51,986 bases of DNA from Vezdaea acicularis (taxonomy: Eukaryota), in contig JAPEUI010000111.1 of assembly GCA_026025075.1 (NCBI GenBank), forward strand, positions 1-51,986, in the 5' to 3' direction. The notes beneath the pieces were generated by a model. It had not been told where the DNA came from. It made no database searches and saw only the letters and a program-made list of their open reading frames with translations. Position 1 is the stretch's first letter. Each line of letters begins with the position of its first letter. A program made the position numbers and the translations under genes. This document shows positions 43,629 through 51,986 of the stretch, in pieces.

Positions 43629-45027
43629 TTGGGCCATTAAACGGAAGCAATTGTGGGAGCGTGTGCCGTGGTGGGATAGCTTTGAAGAACGCCATTGTTC
43701 GACGAAACGTGGGACGCTATTTAAGGTGCAACACCCAAGCGCACCGCTCAAAATAGCACGTCAAAAACTCAACTCCAGCTATGGTATGGATTGGTCCTTT
43801 CAAGGGTTATACGCTGGAAGTCAGGAGGCCTTCAGGGATGTTCAATTGCGGCTGTACATATGGGTGATATACTTTGGAGACGCAAGCACGTGCCTGAAGG
43901 TATTAACATAACATGGCAACAAAATCTAACGTATGCTATCGAACTTTTGAAGATTGTTGTCTCTTAACCTTCCTAGAGAGGTGGATCAGCCTCTTGTAGA
44001 TCTTCAGAGAAGAGTACTGCGTGAGGCGTCCGTTCTCAGTCTCGTTGTGAACGGCGACAGCGAAGCTCACGTGGATTGATATCTGTGATGACTGCGGAAA
44101 GTAGTCCACATGTCTGGCTCCTCTTCAAAGGGGTTAACCTCCCGGATGCCTCATTACCCAAACACGTGCAGCCTCAGAATTGATCCATCATATCTAATAA
44201 ACGCTCGTACACGTGGACAGAAACGCAGTAGCCGAAGAAGAGAAGACACGTCGATCATGGCAAGGCAGCGTGGGTGACAAGTTCAGGGCCTACTTACCAA
44301 TGACACGAGAGTAGACCAATTGGCCGGAAACCCACACTGTTGTATATGAGGGTAATGTCAATGCATGTGGGGGGGGTTATATGCACTGGGGTGAGGCCCA
44401 AGAGGACTTCAAGCGATTGTTTTCACGACGCGATATTCTATAGAGCCTTGGACAAAGATATGGGGCCTTCCAGTAGAAACTGACAGCCAAATAAAAGGAA
44501 AAGGGACACAACAGCAAAAACCAATCGAGCCCAATGAGTGTTACGTACCAGCTAATCACACAACCCGTTCCCTAGACATGATAATCGAAGCTCTAAATCA
44601 TGAGCCACGATTATTGGTCCATCCTTGTGGCTCGCCAAATGAAGGGGGCCGAAAATGGCAAAAAGTCCCCGGAGCAGCTCCATCTGCAAAGAAATAATGT
44701 GGCTAAATGTTGTTTCCAGGTGTTGGTCAAGGACTAAGGACGTGTCACGCTCAAATTGACCATGTCATCGAGAATTGACATCGCCGGTGACCGGCTTGGC
44801 ATATAGTGCCCCTCATTTGTACCCACCACGAACCCCTCATGACAAGCACATTTTCGCTGCCGCGTAGTTCGAAAAATAATGTTCTGACAGGCCAAACCTT
44901 ACGTCTATTTCGGCAGCACCTTTAACTTACATTCTTATTTGACCTTGAATCTCCGGTCAAGGAATCAAATTCCTGGATAATCTCCTATCTATTGTAGGAG
45001 TACGTTCAACCTGTACCACAGCTTGGA

Positions 45028-46486
<1,459 letters not shown>

Positions 46487-46499
46487 GTCGACGCTAGGT

Positions 46500-46531
46500 C
46501 AATGGGCAATGGGCAATGGGCAATGGGCAAT
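46500..46531. repeat. Heptamer tandem repeat (CAATGGG)x4+ immediately after the SFA1 stop
   Basis: caatgggcaatgggcaatgggcaatgggcaat. Confidence 0.9.
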
Positions 46532-48023
46532 CTGTATCTCACACCTCCATCCTCGTCTTCTTCGCGCATCGCATTTCAAAAGTGCGATCGGCACCTTCCG
46601 TCTTGGTAGCTACCAATAATGCACAGATAACGGGATCGACGATCTACGGCGTGCAGCCACCGCCTGCAGATTTGGTGTCTGTATACGGGAAGCCCACCAC
46701 TCTCGCGCCTTCCCTCTCGTCGCTTCCTCCAGCGGGCGCCCAAAGGGGATAGCTCATGCGACGACGAAAATTCTCCCGATCCCCAATGCAGCGGCCGGGT
46801 CAGCCTATGACGACGAGGTGTGGATGCGACGTGACCGAAGCGGGGGCGGTCTCTGGCCCTAAGGGCGACGTGCATGCGTTAGTGGACGATTTAGCGAGCC
46901 CCTCGCCCCATTACGGCCAAGGAGGATGCCATTTGGAGGGCTAGCGCCCTGCCGACGCCGATCCCGTCGTCCCTCTTCTGGCAAGGACAGCTGGACAGCA
47001 GCATGGACGAGGGATCGATTAGGTTACGGTCACACTGAGTCGGGAATGGCGACAGGATGCAACGGGCGAGCAGCGAGCAAGAGTGGGGTTGGGCGCCCCA
47101 TCGCTCCGGCGATCGCCCGCGTTCGGTGACTTTGCAACGCAGTGACCAGGGGCCTGATCGGTGTGCGTGCGCTAGACCGCCCGTAGGGAAAGAGCGAAGG
47201 CCATGTCACCGCGCACCGGCCCCGTGGAGCGGAGCGTGGGCGCCCTGCACGCCTTCCCGGATAAGAAACCATCCGGCGAACAGCAGGGAATCCTCCGCCG
47301 CGGCGGAACGAGCGCAGGAGGGGACCCGCAGACGTCGGAATAGGAGGAGTCCGCGATGGCGACGGAGAGGGCGAACGTGGAGAGGGGAGGAGATGCGACG
47401 GAGGACAGGCCAGAGACGTTATCGCCCGTTTCAGCTCGCCGCCGTGCCGCCCAAGCGAACTCCCACACGCTCCTCATAGATCGGCGGCACTTTCCTGTTC
47501 GCTCGGGACACTCGCGCCGGGCTGGACTCCACGGCCCAGAAGATCGCCGACGCTAGGCCGAGCTGCTATCCCGATCGGGCAGCGCGCTTGCCGAAGACGG
47601 TCGGCGACTGCTGTTTTGGCGCGCCGGTCGCCTGCACGCCTGCCGGATCCTGGTGCCAGATCCATGCCCCCAACCGCCCACTCACCACCATCCCCCGTCC
47701 CTCCCGAACGCTGCCCCCCCCTTCCGCGACCGCCTTTCACTGGCTTCCAACCGGCTGGGTCAGCACGCATCGCACGCTCGCCATTATTTGGTCCCGTTGG
47801 CTTGCTTTTTGGCGACCCGGCACCACCACCAGACCAAGGCTTGACGTCTTGCGCCAACGCTCAAAGGACGCGCGCTTTCTTCTCCCATCCTGCTTACACC
47901 ACCGTCGACCTTTTTCATCCTATATCCCTCGACTCGTGGCCCCCTAGCTCCTTCTCACCCAGACTCCTTCTTGCGTGGACTCCTCATGTGTGCGTCTTCG
48001 AATCCGGCCGTTTGCTCTCCATT

Positions 48024-49320
48024 ATGACAGTCACCTTCGCTCCTCAGGTCAGGATCGCCCCCACTACCGGCTACGCGGAGTTGAAGGGAGGGATGGAGGA
48101 AGAAGAGCCGCTCTTGAGCGCGGACATCACTTTCAACATTCGTGTGTTGCCTTTTAGACCGTTGTCTTCTTGCGTTCTCTGACTGACATGTTTCCGATTA
48201 GCCCCATGGATGCACGCGAGGACCGACAAGCATGGTCGAAAGATGCCCCAGGCGATCGCACATCGTGGCTACAAAGCCCAGTTTCCCGAAAACACGATGG
48301 GTGCATTCCAAGGCGCGGTCAACGTGGGTGCGCATGCGATCGAGACGGATATTCATCTTACGAAGGACGGCGTAGTTGTGCTCTCTCATGTGAGTTGGCA
48401 TCATGACTTGAGCCCTACGAAGATTGAGACTAATCCTCGCAGGATGCCACATTGAAGCGATGCTTTGGTCGCAACGAGAAAATCATTGAATGCACGTGGG
48501 ACGAAATCAAGGACCTGAAGACTCTCAAGGAGCCACATCAGAGTATGCCTCGATTAAGGGAACTTCTGGAGCTGCTGGCACGGCCTGGTAATGAGCACCT
48601 GTGGGTTTTGCTGGACATAAAGGTATGGTATTGCCAGGATGTCTTTGAACGTAGTAGATGCTAACGGAGCCGTTTAGCTTGATAACGATGCGAACGACGT
48701 CATGAGACTGATTGCAGAAACGATACGTAGTGTAGCTCCGAGTTCGTCCAGACCGTGGATGGACCGTGTTGTGTTAGGCTGCTGGGTGGTAGGCAGAACT
48801 GATTCATGATAAATTGCTATATTCAGGTGCTGACTATTCTTAGGCCAAGTTCTTTCCGCTGTGTGCCGAATATCTGCCCGGATTTCCCATCACGTATATC
48901 GGTTTCAGCACGATATACGCCCGCCAGTTTTTGAAAATACCCAACGTTTCCTTCAACATGTTGCAGAAGCCTCTCATGTGGCCATGTGGCCAGAAATTCA
49001 TCGAAGATGTCCAGAAAGCCGGTCGGCCGCTGTATGTATGGACGGTCAACACCGCCGATATGATGCGTTGGAGCATCAAGAAAGGCGTTGATGGCGTCAT
49101 AACGGACGACCCCAACAAATTCCTGAAGCTTTTAGACGCCTACGACGACAGCGACGAAATCAATATGACCTGGCTGACCATGATCGACATCCTCCGCATC
49201 AACTTCTTCGTAGCACTGTTCAGCGTGATGTTCCATTATCGGTACGGTTTTAAGGCCGACAAGGGGCGAGGTAGGGGGGGAATAGGATCATCGATGTCAA
49301 CGCTACGGCGGCACGCATGA
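48024..49320 (+). CDS. PGC1: Glycerophosphodiester phosphodiesterase (Pgc1-like phosphatidylglycerol phospholipase C) with a C-terminal hydrophobic anchor
   Basis: Exons are 48024..48141, 48202..48389, 48443..48622, 48678..48788 and 48844..49320. GDPD motifs are [39 protein letters not shown] and [10 protein letters not shown]. The start ATG could instead be 48093. Confidence 0.88.
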
Positions 49321-49620
49321 GGCGTGGGTATCTTTTCTGGGCGGAGATCTTTTTCTTGTATATTATGTTGTCGACATCAAAGGTGCATTGGATGGAGAGA
49401 GATTAGCATGTCATGCAGATATAGAGGAAATGAATAGATGACCGTTGTACATCGGATCTAGATAACCCTTGCATTCGTAGCTGCAGAAGTTCGAGATCCT
49501 TCAGATTGGGGGGGACCACGCGCGTGCGCGCCGCCTTAAGAAAACTGGCGAGGGCGCGTCGAATTTCGAGAGAATACAAACGGACCACCCCACCCCAATG
49601 CCGCATGAACCGCACCCATA

Positions 49621-51410
49621 ATGCCTAGGTAAGACGCTCATCATTCATGATATCTCCCCAGACCCTGACAAGTGCGTGCAAGGGAAATCATCACGTTACA
49701 AGCCGGCCAGTGCGGCAATAGCGGTGCGTTCGTCGCGGCACCATACCCCACCATGAATTGAAAATCATACTAACGTGGAACCTCAGTCGGGAGTTCATTC
49801 TGGCAGCAGCTCTGCCAGGAACACGGGATTAGTCAGGATGGTAATCTCGAGGACTTTGCGACGGAGGGCGGAGATCGGAAGGATGTTTTCTTTTATCAGG
49901 CAGGTCTCCTCGTCGTGTATGGGGTCTGTTGTGGCTTGGTAGCGAAGTCGCTGATGTGGGAATCGCAGTCAGATGATACTCGATATATACCAAGAGCTAT
50001 CTTGCTAGATCTGGAGCCTAGGGTGAGCATCTGTTCAATTATGGCGGGGTGGACGGAGTTGATAGCGTTTCTAGGTCATCCACGGCATACAAACCGGCGC
50101 GTACAAGAACATCTACAACCCAGAGAACTTCTACGTTGGCAAAGATGGGATCGGAGCGGGGAACAATTGGGCCGCGGGCTATGCGACGGGCGAGAGCGTG
50201 TATGAAGAAGTGATGGAGATGATTGATCGGGAGGCGGATGGCAGTGACTCGTTAGAGGTATGGAATGATCTACTCGGCGGATGTAAATAATGCTGACGAC
50301 TGTTGCTGATAGGGTTTCATGCTCCTACATTCAATTGCGGGCGGGACGGGCTCGGGACTGGGCTCGTTCTTGCTGGAGAGACTGAATGATCGGCATCCGA
50401 AGAAGCTCATACAGACGTATTCGGTCTTTCCAGATACACAGAATGCTGGCGATGTCGTTGTACAGCCGTATAACAGTTTATTGGCAATGAGGAGGTTGAC
50501 ACAGAATGCAGACTCTGTGGTAGGTTTCTTCCATTCACCTAAGTACCCATATGGTCTAACAGACACATCAGGTCGTCTTAGATAACGGAGCGCTCTCGAG
50601 GATCGCCGCAGATCGATTACACGTCCAGCAGCCCTCCTTTCAACAAACAAACCAACTGGTCTCCACCGTAATGTCGGCCAGTACTACAACCCTCCGATAC
50701 CCAGGATACATGCACAATGACCTTGTCGGGATCGTGGCATCGCTGATCCCCACCCCGCGATGCCATTTCCTGATGACTTCCTATACCCCCTTTACAGGCG
50801 ACAACCTCGAGCAGGCGAAGACAGTCCGCAAGACGACGGTCTTGGACGTAATGAGGCGACTCCTCCAGCCGAAGAACAGGATGGTCTCGACCGTCTCCAG
50901 CAAAAAGAGCTGCTACATCTCCATCCTCAACATCATCCAAGGCGAAGCCGACCCCACAGACGTGAGGGACCCCCCCCCCCCCTCCTTCTTCTGCCCCACC
51001 CAACCATCCCCCCCCACTGACATATCCCCGCACAGGTCCACAAATCCCTCCTCCGCATCCGCGAGCGCAGCCTCGCAACCTTCATCCCCTGGGGCCCCGC
51101 CAGCATCCAAGTGGCGCTGACCAAGAAATCGCCCTACATCCCCATGTCGCACCGCGTCAGCGGCCTCATGCTCGCCAACCACACCAGCATCTCCACCCTC
51201 TTCAAACGCGTCGTGCTCCAGTACGACCGCCTGCGCAAGCGTAATGCTTTTCTGGAACAGTATAAGAAGGAGGCGCCCTTTAGCGATGGTCTGGGGGAGT
51301 TTGATGAGGCGAAGGCCGTCGTTACGGATTTGATCGAGGAGTATGAGGCTGCGGAGGGCGCGGATTATCTTAGTCCTGGGGCGGGTAAGGAGGGGGAGGG
51401 TGTGGCGTGA
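49621..51410 (+). CDS. TUB4: Gamma-tubulin
   Basis: Exons are 49621..49628, 49683..49723, 49787..49899, 49969..50022, 50075..50257, 50313..50519, 50572..50961 and 51036..51410. Motifs include [63 protein letters not shown] and SGLMLANHT (Aspergillus mipA orthologue). Confidence 0.97.
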
Positions 51411-51910
51411 GAAGAAGGTGGGTGAGGCTGGAGGTGAGATGCAAGGGGTGGCTTTGGAGGGGCTGTTGGGTGGGCTGGGACTGGGTAGGCAGATGGGACT
51501 TTGGGAAGCACATGGCGTTTTTCCGCGATCGTGAAGGTTGAGCGTATCACATATCCCGAAGTACTCATTTACGTGCACCATATGCTTTATATCGGTACAT
51601 ATACCAGAGCATATCCCCCATGACTCTCCCACTTACGCACTCACCCCCCTCTCCCTTCTCGTGGACAAACCATCCACTGATTGCCCTCTCGACCCTGACA
51701 TCGGACATGACAGTGCTCTACCCGAACGAGACATACAGCGAGACATACATCTGCGTTCACGCGGATGTCTCAGTCTTATGAATGTGTCCGCTGCTGCACA
51801 AGAGTGAGGAGAGCCGGTGCGCTGGATGGGTGCGCTGGGTGTAGATATCGCGGAGGCATAAGGCACGCAGAGTTTGAATGGCGGCGGCGAGCTCTATAGC
51901 TATTGTATCA

Positions 51911-51985
51911 TCATCGCAATTTGTCCAGTACAATAGAGAGATTTTGCGGCGCTGGCAGCTCGAGCGGGAACCCGGCATACGACGA
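51911..51985 (-). CDS. Possible C-terminal fragment of a convergent gene extending beyond the window
   Basis: The minus-strand frame is open from the window edge and reads SSYAGFPLELPAPQNLSIVLDKLR*. It looks protein-like but is too short to identify. Confidence 0.3.
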   Translation of the reverse strand, partial: SSYAGFPLELPAPQNLSIVLDKLR

Positions 51986-51986
51986 C

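Noticed and set aside
44581..44860. AAAAGTCCCCGG preceded by a GAGCCAC...GTGGCTC hairpin, resembling the RNase MRP CR-I/P3 region
   Set aside because: The complementary P4 strand (GGGGCTT/GGGACT, CR-V) is not found downstream before the SFA1 start; a cmsearch would be needed to overturn this.

Overview
This is a gene-dense window from a filamentous ascomycete (Pezizomycotina-type), with short GT-AG introns and CTRAY branch points. Many of the supplied ORFs are intron-split fragments or shadow ORFs. I reconstructed by hand about 17 spliced genes: an NCS1 uracil/allantoin permease (5'-truncated), a C2H2 zinc-finger transcription factor, RRP46, RRD2/PTPA, PEX4, a calponin-homology protein, an NDUFA12-family complex I assembly factor, MED1, glutamine synthetase, a 1486-aa uncharacterised protein, SNF1, a GPI-type Ser/Thr-rich protein, a Sac7-like RhoGAP, TIM9, glutathione-dependent formaldehyde dehydrogenase, a Pgc1-like glycerophosphodiesterase and gamma-tubulin. 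I saw no rRNA, tRNA, CRISPR array or intact transposon. The most interesting observations are: (1) the C2H2 factor has a hidden spliced N-terminal extension with two hydrophobic segments (MPWNIKPSLVVLWGVCWMF), suggesting a membrane-tethered transcription factor; (2) an indel-free tandem copy of the last 67 codons of the NDUFA12-like gene carries a TGG>TAG change and could be reached in frame by splicing; (3) the 1486-aa protein combines a histone-fold-like region with five DF[LI][RK]xxxP motifs; (4) an orphan Cys/His-rich small protein lies in the 9-kb gene-poor interval; (5) a promoter-plus-small-ORF relic is tandemly duplicated near 2-2.8 kb; (6) gamma-tubulin has a GC-AG intron. All calls are by eye; no searches were run.
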